A DNA stretch of 64,000 nucleotides from Trichinella spiralis (taxonomy: Eukaryota): assembly GCF_000181795.1 (NCBI RefSeq), contig NW_003526943.1, forward strand, positions 4,057,228-4,121,227, in the 5' to 3' direction. Below the pieces are notes generated by a model. The model searched no databases. It was not told the origin of the DNA and saw nothing but the letters and a program-made list of their open reading frames with translations. Position 1 is the first letter of the stretch. Each line of letters opens with the position of its first letter. Of this stretch, positions 11,784 to 24,255 are shown piece by piece. The translations under genes and the position numbers were made by a program.

Positions 11784-14700
11784 GAAGTTTGGTTGCTTTT
11801 CGTCGCAATATGTCGATTGCTAATTTGGATGTAAAAATGAAAAAATGCTGCAATTCAGAAATTTTTCAACGAATGATTAATATTTTTTTTACCACCAACA
11901 ACCAATCAATTCAAAATCAGTCGACACAATGATGAACATTTCACGATTGTAATCGACTACCTACGCTGAAAACTGATTTCCGTATGTTTAGATAAAAAAA
12001 TACCACACCCCAAGTGATGCACTGCCAAACGAGTTATTTTACCCCTAAGATTGGTTGTTTTCATTTATCAACGATCATGTCAATATAAACTTATAATTTC
12101 AAAAAATAATAATTTCCTGTATTTTTTCATTTTTACAAAACTGGTCGATAAAATATGTATTCATGATTTCCGCAGTTAGACGCAGCATTTTGATTTTTTA
12201 TAAATAGAACAATGAGTTTCATACTTTATGCAACAGAATGTCCGTTTGCACTTGTCAGCATTAGACTCATCCTCCGCTGCTGTCACTGTTTCATCACGTC
12301 TGCTAATATTGACCTAAATTTATTATTCATATTTTTAAATTTATTCTCATTCAAAGGAATTTCTTCTTTCGACACATTTTAATACATAGTATGCTTCATT
12401 TGTATTTGTATTTGTATTTGAGCTTTTGTTCGTTGTGAAAAATTATTCTGAAAAAACAAAAATTTTTTTTTCTTTCTTTGTAAAATACAAATTTCAGAAT
12501 TTTAATCTCTGACAGTTATGTTTCATATGCATGCACAGATAACACGGAAATAGTCTTTTGTTTTTTCCTTTTCAAGTTGAAAAGCATCATTGCATTGGAA
12601 ATTAAATTTGTTCCCTAATGCGAAAATAACAATTATTGAAAATTTTCCGTGTGAACAGCAATTTTTCATGTAACCTATTGGCATAATTTTTGAAAGATGA
12701 TTACCAATAAGGTCAGCAGCTAAATAGGTTGCAGATGAAGCATTGTTGTACAACTCAAAAAACCACTGCTAACCGTGATGCATTAATTTATTATAATTTT
12801 TCCTCATTTAAACTATAGGAGGATATTTTTCAGCATGTGACAAAATTCATTAAAACTTTCCTTCTCAATTTAAAAGCACTTTATTCTCACCAGTGCACTA
12901 CCGTTGATAAACAAATGTTTTAATTTCCATTTACCATTTCTTAAAAAATAAATTAAATTGCAAAAAAATTATGCTAAAATTTGTAATATTGTAAAGACAG
13001 CAATAAAATTATTTACTTCAACTTCAGAAACTTGCTGTAGCCATTTTTCTGAAATTTTACTTCAAATCTCAAATACTGCAATAATGTATATTTTTCATTT
13101 CTATAAACACAGATGAACATTTCATTTTGAACTATCATCATCCTGTACAAATTGAAGAATAAATTAGCATAAATCAATTTATTAAAAATGTATGTTATTT
13201 AGTTTCTTGCAACATGCAACTGAATAAGAAAATGATGTGATAATTTAAGCACATCTCGATTCATACTGTAATCTAATATATTTATCATATAATATGAAGT
13301 ATTAAGAAAAATTTTTTAAATGGTTTGTTTTACTTATAAAAATAATTATTCAAATCATTTGATCGACTTGCTCAATTAAGACAGCTGATGAAAGTAAAGT
13401 ACAGTATTCAAATTTATTTTAGACCTTGAAAAAATATTCCAATTTTGATACATTCAATTTAAATTTAATACCACGTACATGAGAAGACAAAATTTGCTTT
13501 GATAAGTAATTTCCATTTCTGCTTTTATCAACTGATTTGTTTATACAGATTCATTATGCATGAGAAGCATTATAGTATAACAAAAAATGAAAATGCACAG
13601 TTTTTTCAATTTTAAAGCAATTTAAAATTCAAATTTGATCAATTGACAAAATTATTTACATCACTTCTTATCATATTTGAAAATTTAACAAAGTGGATCT
13701 AAATAACTAACTAGTCATTTTATTAATTTTCAGTAATTTCACCACAACTAAGATTTAAAATGTATTTGTTTCATTTTTGATCATTTTATTTTCATTCATA
13801 GGATTAGGTGAAATAATTTTTTAATTCACAGTTCATATCGCTTCAAAGTGAGCATCACATTTTGATTTGATTTAAATAAAGAGATTCAAGTACTTCTAAA
13901 AATATTTCTCAAACAAATAATAATTTAAACATTTTTTATACTGTTTGTAAAAATTCAACTGCAAAAATCATCTGTTGATTTCAGTTTGATTAACAAAAAT
14001 TGTAAATTTTCGATTTAAAGTGAAACATATACATTCAGGGTATTTTGAGAAAGTAATGCAATTTTAAGTAAATGAAAAAAAAATTATATAAAATCGCAAA
14101 TCAAATTATCCGCGAGTATTTAGCGAATAGGAATTGTTGATCAGAATTTTTATTGAATACAAGTCTAGAAATATGTGTGATTGGTTGGCTGGCAGTTTGA
14201 AGCTAGCCTCACGTTGATTCGATTACGAAGACTTGACTTCATTAAGCTTTGGATAATCATCCTTGACGCCAGGAAGCAGCGTTAATGAACTTGAACCATC
14301 AGCAAATGCTACAAATTGGATAAACGTGACAGGATTATGCTGTGCAGTGGGAAAATTGATTCGACTGCATTTTGCAGTTCACTTTCCATCTAAGTGCACT
14401 TCTGTCGGCAATATCGCATTCTTTCACACCAAAATACGTCAAGCATAAATCATTTTTTAATTTTCCAACATTGACAACAAAAGCATATTTCTTTGTTTAT
14501 AGAAAACAAGAAAATTTTCACTTCTTTTCACAACAGCTTCAAAAGCACTTTTGCAAACATTGATGCTTATTTCAATTTACTCGAGGTGTGTGTATGTGTG
14601 TCATTTTTCACTTTTTAATTCTTATGAATTATCTTTACAAACATATGATAATATATATTCTCATTGTTGATATGTTTTTTTCTTTATACATATATAATCT

Positions 14701-17211
14701 CCTTTCTACTTAAAAACACCCAATCCAAAAATACTAATAGTTTTCAACAATGATGTAAATGATAAATCAAATATAATTTTTCATAAAAGCATGTACAGTT
14801 TTGCATGCTACAAGTAACTAAATAATTAGACATTTTTGATCAATTGATTTATGCTAATTTCTGCTTTAATTTGTGCAGGATGATGATAGTTAAAATTTAA
14901 ACGTTTTGTAAAATTCTGGTTGCTTTTTCATGCATGAAATTCAAATGCTTTTACAAGTAAACCGATTCACTGAAATACGGGAAACTCGTTTTGTATTTTG
15001 ATGAACTGAAAAGCATTGTTCGCTCTATTAAACAGAAATAGCATTTTATGAACATTTTTTTCAAAAAATTACTTTAAAATGCTCTCTTGTTGAGGCAAAT
15101 AAATTCACCTTATTTAAAAATTACTGTTTAGTAGAAGAATAAAAATTGCAACCAAGCTATAGAAAATATCTCTTTGAGAATGTCCCATTTTTATTTATGA
15201 ATATGTTTAAAAATGAATATTTAAAATTTTGTGGCAAAATTTATGTTAAGCAGAATTTGCATAATTGTTGCTTGCATAACAGAACAAGCTAAACTATGAA
15301 TGGTGATAAATAACAAATATTTAAAGGAATCATTCTAAATGGGAGTCATTTTGTGAACAAGAAGATAAATTTGCAAATTGTCTCCAAATAATATCGTTTG
15401 TTAAAATTAAAACTGTTGCTTTCAAAGACAGGTTCATTATTGATTATGAATCAAAGGCCAAATGTGAACGTTTGTTGCGCTCAAAGCGTCTCATTTATCA
15501 TTCACCATTAGTGCATTTCATGATCAGAAAATTGGTTTTTATTTAATTTTTATTTTTCAAGTCGGCTTAATGAATGACGTCTTCATTGGAAAAAATCTGC
15601 TTCTGCGCATTTTCAATACAACGCTTTGCCTGACCATCGCAAACTTAAATCCAATAGGAATTATCTGAAATTATGGTTTTTTTAAGCAATAAAATGTAAA
15701 TTTCAAGACATAAATTATTTCGTCTTCACTTCAAATGTGCATGTTTCTCTAGTAATTGTATGTTTGAAATGAATGGTCATCTCAAATATTCGATTATTTG
15801 GCAATTCTCTGGCCAATCGCCTAAGCGCTTATTCAATATTTAGCACTGCTTTGTTGTTGTATACAGCAAATATCAATAAATGGCTCGAACATGCATAGTT
15901 TTGTCGCTTAGCGATAACGCCTGTTGCAGGTGAACATCGCAAGCACAAATAACCCAACACTTTTTACACTACAATTTTGTTCAGTGTTATTGTAAAGTAA
16001 TAACTTGTGCAAATTTTTATTTTTCACCGTGAACGATCGAAACCGCGAAGATTCAAGTCAGCTAAATTTCAAAGTTTTCAATTCTATCCAAATAGCTTTT
16101 CAATGTGAGTTCTACTGTTTTCATTTACACTGTACTTTATGTTAAATCAAGTATGCTTGGATATATATTATACGTTGTACATTTACACTGCAGTTATTTT
16201 TATACAAAACATTAATTGCTTAAATTAAATTATCGCATCGCTTATAATATTTTTTAAAAGTAACTTTCAACATTTATAAATATATTTTTTAATTTGTTTA
16301 ATTTGAATTTCAAATGGAAGTAATTTGTACATATTTGCAGTTGATTATGCAACTGATTGATTACCCATGCAATTCGAGCAATTACTGAGCAGAAAGAATC
16401 GTGAGCTTTAGTAATCTGTAAAAATGATGATTTAGATGCTTACAATAGATAGATTGCAAACGATAAAAAGAAAAAAAATTCACAAAGAATAGTATAACTT
16501 TAAAAAGCTTACAACTACAAAAGTTTTATTTGACAACTAAAAGTTTTCAATGATATTCTTTGAAAAACAACTGCTATTAGTAGTTATATTATTTTGAAAA
16601 ATTGATGTTTGTAAAAAAATAAAATTAATGCATATGGAAATGCAATATTGCAGCATAAGAGTATAAATGTATGATAAATTGTATGCAGTTTTTTATCACT
16701 GAAATAAGTTAATTTTAACTTCTTCATCTACAGTATTTACATGCAATGCGAAACTTGAGAATTCGAGCATTTGTCCTACTATTCGATTATTAATTTTTAA
16801 ATTTTCTTATAGAACATGAATAAATAAATAAATATGCCAATGAATAATAGCAAACTTAATGATAAGATTTGATTTATAAATATTTCACAAATAAATGAAT
16901 GAATACTCCAGCAAAATATATTTAATAATTTACAGTTAACAATGAAGCCTTACTTTTTTAATAAAGCATAATAGCAATATTTGAAAAAAAGTTCAGGCTT
17001 CTTTAGCAGAAATGAAAAAATGATGCTTTTTGTTCTCTTTTGTCTGCTTTCAACAAACATTACATAGGATGGCAGCATATTGGAAAAAAATTATTTTTAA
17101 TAATTATTTCAAAATTTGCTTTTTAAATTATTTTTTTAATTATATGAATAATTCCTTTTTCAAAAATTGTATTCATTGTATTCAATTGCAAAGTTTCAGA
17201 AAAACAATTTC

Positions 17212-19452
17212 ATGCCAAAAGCTGCTGAAATAGTGTTCCGGCTGATTGTTGTTGTCGGTTCCATAAGCTTTTCAGCGGTGCTCGCCTACGTGCAGATGGA
17301 TTCTTCATACGACTGTCCCAGGAGTTGTACTTGCAAAGATTATTGGTACAATTCGACATTGTTCCGCACATCCACTCAAATTGAAAATCCAATTGGTCTG
17401 GTGATTGTCTGCCAGCTACAGCTGGACGGTGACCAAGTGCGCAGAGTTTTCAATACTTTGCCGGAAAATATTGTCTCGTTCACGTTGCGATCGACCAAAA
17501 TGGCCGATTTGACCGACATGTGCTGCTTGAACAACGCAGAAGAGGTGGACATGTCGAACAATTGGATCTCGGATGCGGCTTCTTACTTCGAATACAACCA
17601 AGTACGGAAGTTACGCTTGCAGCAAAATCGATTTCACGTTCTAAGGAGAGATGAATTTGTCAGCTTTCCGAACGTGGAAACGCTTTGGCTGGATGAAAAT
17701 CAGATCGAGCACATCGACCAGGATGCGTTTCGGCTCGACAAGCTTCGCCAGTTGCATCTGCGCAGCAACAGAATTGCCTACATAAGCGAGACGATGTTCC
17801 GCTTCACGCCAAATTTGCAAAGCCTGGATCTGAGCGACAATCTGTTGGTCAAACTGCGAGCGAGGAATTTCTTCTACTGCACCTCTTTGGAACGTCTGGA
17901 TTTGAGCCGCAACGGCTTGGAACTGATCGACGACAGGGCTTTTCAGCCGTTGAGAAAGTTGAACACCCTGAACTTGGCTGACAATGCGCTGACGTCGGTG
18001 CCGTCGAAAGCTTTGCTGGGTTTCAGTTGGTCGCAGTTGAATTTCGACGCCAATCCAATAGCCAAGCTGAACGTCGATGCTTTTTACGGAATCCACGTGG
18101 AAACACTGTCGTTGAGCCATCTGGAAAATCTGCTCGTCGTGACCGACCAAGCTCTGGCCGGTGTGGAAGGTCTGCTGCGTCTGACCATAGCTCACTGTCC
18201 ACTGCTGGAATATGTGTCCACCGACTGGTTGAGCAGTTGTTGTCCAAAGATGGAAAAGCTTTTCTTGAACAACAATCACCTGGCCGTAGCACCGAACATC
18301 CCGTTCGTTCAAAACCGATCGCTCACGGTAGACGTGAGCAACAATCCGTTGAATTGTCAGTGTTCGAACAAGGACACGTTGCTCAAAAGTGCCTCGATCT
18401 CACCGCCCACTCAGTGCATCGCTGAAAATGCCTCAGTAGTGGACGCCAAAGTTTACTATTCAGAAAATGCAAAACTGAACAATTGCACAACTTTACTCCT
18501 TCCACAAGGCAACAAAACAGTCCTAGGTAGGATTGGTGACACGGTAGAACTTTACTGCATTGCATTGACTGAGTCGGCTTTGCAAGACGATCCCGTTTGG
18601 ACTCTACCCGACGGGAGTCAGCTGAAGAAATCTACCGCAGAATCTCGACTGCAAATCAGCCGAGAAATGTTATCAATATCCTCGTTGCTTCCGTCCGACG
18701 CGGGCGTTTATTGTTGCAAAACTGCGGATCAACAGCCGTCTGAAGCGATAAATGTCCACCTGCGTGTGGAAACTCCACAAATTATCATTTTCCCAATTGA
18801 AGTCCAATGGCATTCAATAACGGTCGCCTGGAATGCCAGCACTGATCCTTGGGAGCACGGTGAATTTATTTTACAATACAATTCCAGCGATGATCGAACA
18901 TCGCACAGCATACCGCTGCCGAAATACGGCTACACGTACACGGCGTCCAAATTGAACGCGAACAGCAATTACACGTTCTGCTTGCAATATTTGCTTCTCA
19001 ACGTCACCCACTATTCTTACTGCACAGAGATTGAAACGAAAATGTACCACTCGAGCATCCGGGTAAAATTCAGCTACGGGATATTGATCCTGCTGTTTGG
19101 AACGTTGTGCCTGGTCGGCCTGTTTTGCGCAATTCGTTTCTTGCAACGCAAACTGTTCGTCTGGCAAGAGGAAAAAGTCCAAGCCAGAGTGCAGCAAAGC
19201 GCCAGCGGTGATTGCTTTTTGGAACCACTGGCGAACGATTCGTTCGACGGATTCACCTACGAGAATCAGACTGCTTTGGCGTCGATCGCTCCAACTGAAG
19301 ATCCAAAAGCTCAGTGTTCATCAGCTCAGATGTTTTCTGAATTACAGTCGTCGTCAAACGACAAAACTCCAACGTCGGCAAACTGCTTCGCAATGCAAGA
19401 TTTCGGCACTTGGAGTTCCTATGCCCCAAAAAATGAGTCACCAATTTCTTAA
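17212..19452 (+). CDS. LRR-Ig-FN3 type I transmembrane protein (LRRN/LIG-family-like), single coding exon
   Basis: The first ATG is at 17212, after a TTTCAG acceptor at 17194-17199. Domains in order: signal peptide, LRRNT CPRSCTC, ~12 LxxLxLxxNxL repeats, LRRCT NPLNCQC, Ig (VELYC..W..DAGVYCC), FN3 (ITVAW..YTFCL), TM helix GILILLFGTLCLVGLFCAI and a cytoplasmic tail. Confidence 0.92.
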   Translation: MPKAAEIVFRLIVVVGSISFSAVLAYVQMDSSYDCPRSCTCKDYWYNSTLFRTSTQIENPIGLVIVCQLQLDGDQVRRVFNTLPENIVSFTLRSTKMADLTDMCCLNNAEEVDMSNNWISDAASYFEYNQVRKLRLQQNRFHVLRRDEFVSFPNVETLWLDENQIEHIDQDAFRLDKLRQLHLRSNRIAYISETMFRFTPNLQSLDLSDNLLVKLRARNFFYCTSLERLDLSRNGLELIDDRAFQPLRKLNTLNLADNALTSVPSKALLGFSWSQLNFDANPIAKLNVDAFYGIHVETLSLSHLENLLVVTDQALAGVEGLLRLTIAHCPLLEYVSTDWLSSCCPKMEKLFLNNNHLAVAPNIPFVQNRSLTVDVSNNPLNCQCSNKDTLLKSASISPPTQCIAENASVVDAKVYYSENAKLNNCTTLLLPQGNKTVLGRIGDTVELYCIALTESALQDDPVWTLPDGSQLKKSTAESRLQISREMLSISSLLPSDAGVYCCKTADQQPSEAINVHLRVETPQIIIFPIEVQWHSITVAWNASTDPWEHGEFILQYNSSDDRTSHSIPLPKYGYTYTASKLNANSNYTFCLQYLLLNVTHYSYCTEIETKMYHSSIRVKFSYGILILLFGTLCLVGLFCAIRFLQRKLFVWQEEKVQARVQQSASGDCFLEPLANDSFDGFTYENQTALASIAPTEDPKAQCSSAQMFSELQSSSNDKTPTSANCFAMQDFGTWSSYAPKNESPIS

Positions 19453-19563
19453 CAAACAAAGCGTGTATGTACTTTTTTGTTCTTTTTTGTGAAACATGTA
19501 TTTCATAAATAAATAAACGTTCACGTTAACGGTATGAATATATATATTGGTGCCAATTAAATT

Positions 19564-21745
19564 TTAAATTTTCAAACGATCACCAAAATCTTGACGATAC
19601 AACGTTGTCCACATTTCTGCCAAACAAACGGACGAGTGGAAACGGAAAAACGTCCTCAGAGGGATCGTGCTGTGCAACACGACCGTCCACAGCCTGCTGT
19701 TGTACACGTCGGCCGTATAGGAGTTGAGAGCTGCCTTTTCAGCTTGGAATGTGTTGATCAAAAATATCGACAAGTTGCAGACAATCAAGAAGGCGACCAC
19801 CTGCCTGCCGGACTTTTTTCTCAAATGGGAACTGCTTGCACAGCGCATCCGGCGTCCAGTGAACAACAATGCCGTCTGCAGCAGCACTTGCACCATGCAC
19901 AGAATCGACACCGACGCCATCAAAATGGACACCCGGTTCACATTGAACGGTAAAACCAAGGACAGCAAACAGAACGACAACTGACCAAGCAAACCGACAC
20001 TGAGCAGAATGTCGTCGATGCGCTTCACATGCTCGTTCTGACGCACGTAGGCGAAGCGTCGAATTTGGAACAGCACCACAACCACCGCCCCTGTGCAGAC
20101 CATGTAGACAACTGCGTCGTTGATGTAGAAAAGTAAAATCGCGTCCGACAATTTTCCCATGTCCAGCAAGATGAAGAACAACACCAACGAGACGATGGTG
20201 ACCACCAGAAACAACAAGCCGACCATCAAACCTTTGGTCGAAGAGGAACAGTCGACGTTGAGCTTTTGGCTCACTATTTTGCCTACGCGAGGCTTCTGCC
20301 TCGGCGTTGAATTGTGCATCCAAACCAGCTGAAGCGTGATTGCGCAGATCAACGAATATTCCAATTCGCAGGTTGTGAAAAACGTTCTCAAAGATGAAAG
20401 TATCTCGTGGGAATTTTCACAATCGTTCGTCGACACTGTCGTACCATCGGAACTGACGTTGACAATACGGAACAAATCTCCGAAATCAGATTGTCTGAAT
20501 AATTTTAAGAAAAACATCAACAAATTTGTTTTTTTTGTTTTCAATAAATATGCAAATTTCATTTCATTTCATAAAAACAATATCAATTACTGAAAAATTA
20601 TCGTCTTGATCATTCCCTTCTCTTCCATGACAATGCTGCGAAAGCCGATGATCAAATTGACCGCCAAGTTGTGCATCAAGCCAAACTTCGTAAATGTCCC
20701 CAGTCGATTTATGGCCATCTTCAACGATGAAATGAAAAGTTAAATTTCAAAAATTGTGCATTTTTTAAACAAAAATTCTCTACTCCAGAACTTCTAAATA
20801 TGAAAGCCATTTGAAAGAATCTGAACAGCGCGCTCAGTATGTACGCAACAAATTTCATATATTCAGTGCAGTTAAAGGAGAATGACATCACCAGCATTAT
20901 CCCGTCGTTTATCATGCCCAGCACTCCGAACACTGAAACAGCATAATATATACCAGCATCAAAAGAGCAACATACCACCACATTCCAATTTACCCAAGGT
21001 ACCAATCCTTAAATACATGCTTATCAAATGCTTGTCAGAGGAGCTTTTCAGCGTCAAATTTCCAGAACCAACTTCTCTGTCGTTACGTTGGCAATTTTTC
21101 AACCACAACCAGCCTGTTACTTTTGAAAAATTCACAAGAAACCAAAAGATGTAAAACATGAGACCAATGAAAAACAAATAAATGTAGAATATCTAAATGT
21201 AATAAACTGTGAAAAGTAGGTATCATTAAAGTAAATGAAACAAAATGGAAGAGCTTGGTGAAGGCGTATTACTTTGTACAAAAGCGTCTTGTCGCAGTTA
21301 AATAGAAATGTTGAAACTTCACAGCTCACACCGACGATGACCATAATTAGACTATAAAATCCGCTGAGCATTTTGTCCAAAAATTCCCTATATACTTTTC
21401 ACTAATATTTAACTTGCAAAAAGGTGATTATAAATTTTTGGAAAATGCGAAATTTTATCGTGCATAATGATTACTGAGCAGGTGTAATTTTGCTTTAATT
21501 TTCAGTTACTAAAAGAAAACAAACATCTCATGCTTACCTGACATTGCCATCAGTGAATTTCACAGCAGATGCATCGATATCCACGGTCATTGTAGTCAAA
21601 CTGCCGTTTAAAAATTTCTCTTTTAACAACAGAAACAAAACGCATTTGAAAATCAAGAACCAACCATATCTATCATACGATACCTGTTGCATTTTCGTAG
21701 TGGAAATTTTCCGGTCGTTTTGTTCTCGTTGTTGCAGTGCATCAT
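19564..21745 (-). CDS. OTOP: Otopetrin family proton channel, multi-exon
   Basis: Motifs include EFLDKMLSGFYSLIM, SMYLRIGTL, FGLMHNLAVNL, TCELEYSLICA, VDCSSSTKGLMVGL, RKKSGRQVVAFLIVCN and the C-terminal PLRTFFRFHSSVCLAEMW. The likely first exon 21684-21745 (MMHCNNENK) splices in frame to 21538-21600 and 21273-21387. Confidence 0.9.
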
Positions 21746-22535
21746 AGAAATTTCTTAGATTAGCGGCAGTTGTGGTCACACTGAAGCTGAAGTAATCTTC
21801 TGCACTGCACAACAGCGCAACTTAATTCTCGAAAATTCTGGCTGATGCTAGTAGTAATTGCAAAAGAGAACACAACCAAAAAGTTTCTCATTCAACAGTT
21901 TTATTATAACAATATTGCAGACAATAAATGAAATTAACAAAATATCGAAAAGAAAACCGTATCGCATGATATTGCGAATAAGCATCCATTAAGCAGAATA
22001 ATAAGAAATACACTTAGGATGAGAATTCAGTGATAAACTTCCTCAATTTATGATATTGGAATAAATTGAAAACATAATGTTTCCCGCATTCGAATCAGCC
22101 AAATAAACCAATACAGCAACAAAGCGGGCTTAAATAACACGCACGCTTTGTGTGCCGTGAACGTATTACATTTTTTATATCAATCATAATTGATATCATT
22201 TTCTTTTTCACCACTGCATATAAAAGAATTGAATTGCCATTATTACTGCTAATATTAATATTATTCATCGTTAAAATTTAATTAAGCAATGCGATCAATT
22301 TCGCCAAGTTTGAAAATAAATTGCAAATCAACCAAGAAAGAGAAGTAATTTTTTCTTTTTATTACTTATTAAATGCATCTTTTTGAAAAGAACTGATACA
22401 TCCATTTGAAGAAAACAATGAAATAAACCATTATTGCCTTCGCATTCAACGACGACAATATTTTATCGGGATGAAAAGATATTCTTGAAATGAATCTTTA
22501 ATTATTTAAAATTAAAAAAAATACATTTTCTTTTT

Positions 22536-23886
22536 TCACGGTGGTTCCAGCTGCCAGAGCTCCTTTAAAAAAGACATTCAGTAAATTTATTATGCAAATT
22601 AAATTTTTTTTAATTTTCCTCACCAGTAGTTCGCTTCGTTGTGAAGAAATGAATTTCTTTACAAAAGATAGTTCCACTTTTCTTACTGACCATCCTTTTT
22701 CATTTTTCATATCACATATCCATTCTTCAAAATGTTCATACGCTGGACTGCAAACTCCAAAGGCGCCTGCACTGAATATAAGTCTAAAATTATATAAAAC
22801 AATTGTATTATTATTATTATTATTATTATTATCATTTGTACAGATTCGATATGAAAAAAAAATAAAATCTTGCCATTACCTTTTCTCAACGCAAAAGTAG
22901 ATGGTAGTCTTTTTTCCATTAGAACGAACGCAATTTTGCAACAAAGAGAACAGCGTTTCGTTTAAATCAATTTCATAAATTACTGAAATGAAAATATTAA
23001 TTTCAGAAAATAAATAAATAAATAAAATGACAATGTCTCACGGTCAGCACAAACGATCACATCCACCGGTAACAGCCAGCTCGACCAATCGACCTCAGCC
23101 GGCGCTGACCAATCAAATCGTCTCACTTCTACACTACCTCCAGAACGCATCAAATGACTATTTTCGTCGCAATTTTTTCTACACAACTTCAAGCAATCGT
23201 CGTTTACATCTTAACAACAAGCAAGTTTTGTTCGTTCGCTTATTCGATGAGCATTTTTGTAAGCAACAAACCACCAACCCGTGGCAAGGACACAAGCGCC
23301 AGCCGTTGCCAAACAGATTGCAGTTAGACCAATTCCACATCCCAGTTCGAGCACACGCTTTTTGTAAAATTGTTCCGGTGTCGTCAGCACAAATTCTGCC
23401 ATCAACACTGCACCATTCCAAAGCTGCGAGCAAAGCAAAAAATTCAAATATTGAAAAGATGAACAGAAAAAAACAAAACCACCACACTACTTGAACACCA
23501 ACATCTTCAATTTTTGAGCCGGATATGCATTCTTGCAAAGGAAAAAATTATACAACAACGAAAATCAAATCATATTAATCAATTTGATCAATACCAATCA
23601 CAATTGTAGGATTTGAAATCGGCTTGCGACTGAGATCCATATCTCCTTCGTCATCATCTTCTCCATCGGAAATTGCCTTCGTATTCTTCTGATTTTCAAC
23701 ATTTCGCTCTCGACTCAATTCCAAGCCGGACAGTTGAAATCGATATAAACATGCTAAAATATTTTCTGATTAACAATGTGAAATTTTAATCCTCCTTCAT
23801 TTTTATCCCAATTTGAAACTACACACACTCTTATATGGCACATCCTCTTCTGCCCGAAAGTCGCTGTAAACCACTGCTTCGCACAT
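22536..23886 (-). CDS. METTL22: Seven-beta-strand lysine methyltransferase, METTL22-like
   Basis: Spliced motifs are DDDEGDMDLSRKP, IEDVGVQLWNGAVLMAEFV, VLELGCGIGLT, VRRFDW, CAD-VIYE, IYFCVEKRLIFS..AYEHF and the terminal ELWQLEPP* (stop 22536-22538). Confidence 0.85.
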
Positions 23887-24255
23887 TTTCTTTCAACAAA
23901 AAACACAAACTAACAAATTAGCAGCACAACAAGTGTATGCACAATAATGTACACGATATAATCATGATCATCCAAAAACTGACCAGTGCTAAGACTGTCT
24001 GTGCAGACAAGCAGCAGAAAAATAAAATGCACATTATGAATGATTTATTGAAAACAATATCCGCATCAACAATAACTGAAAAAAAATTCATTGAGAAAAT
24101 AGTGAACAAAATTCAAAATGAAATTTAATAAATTTTGGAAAAATCAATCATTCACTTTGCACTTCTGACTGAAAAGGAGGAGAAAAGAAAACAAAATTAC
24201 AATAAATAAAGAGGACGATAGATAATAATAATAATAATAATAATATTCATAATTT

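Noticed and set aside
14200..14563. Short plus-strand ORFs upstream of the LRR-Ig-FN3 gene
   Set aside because: They have non-ATG starts and no motifs, and are more likely UTR or regulatory sequence.
17210..20323. Many antisense or alternative-frame ORFs over the LRR and otopetrin exons
   Set aside because: They are shadow ORFs of GC-richer coding sequence.
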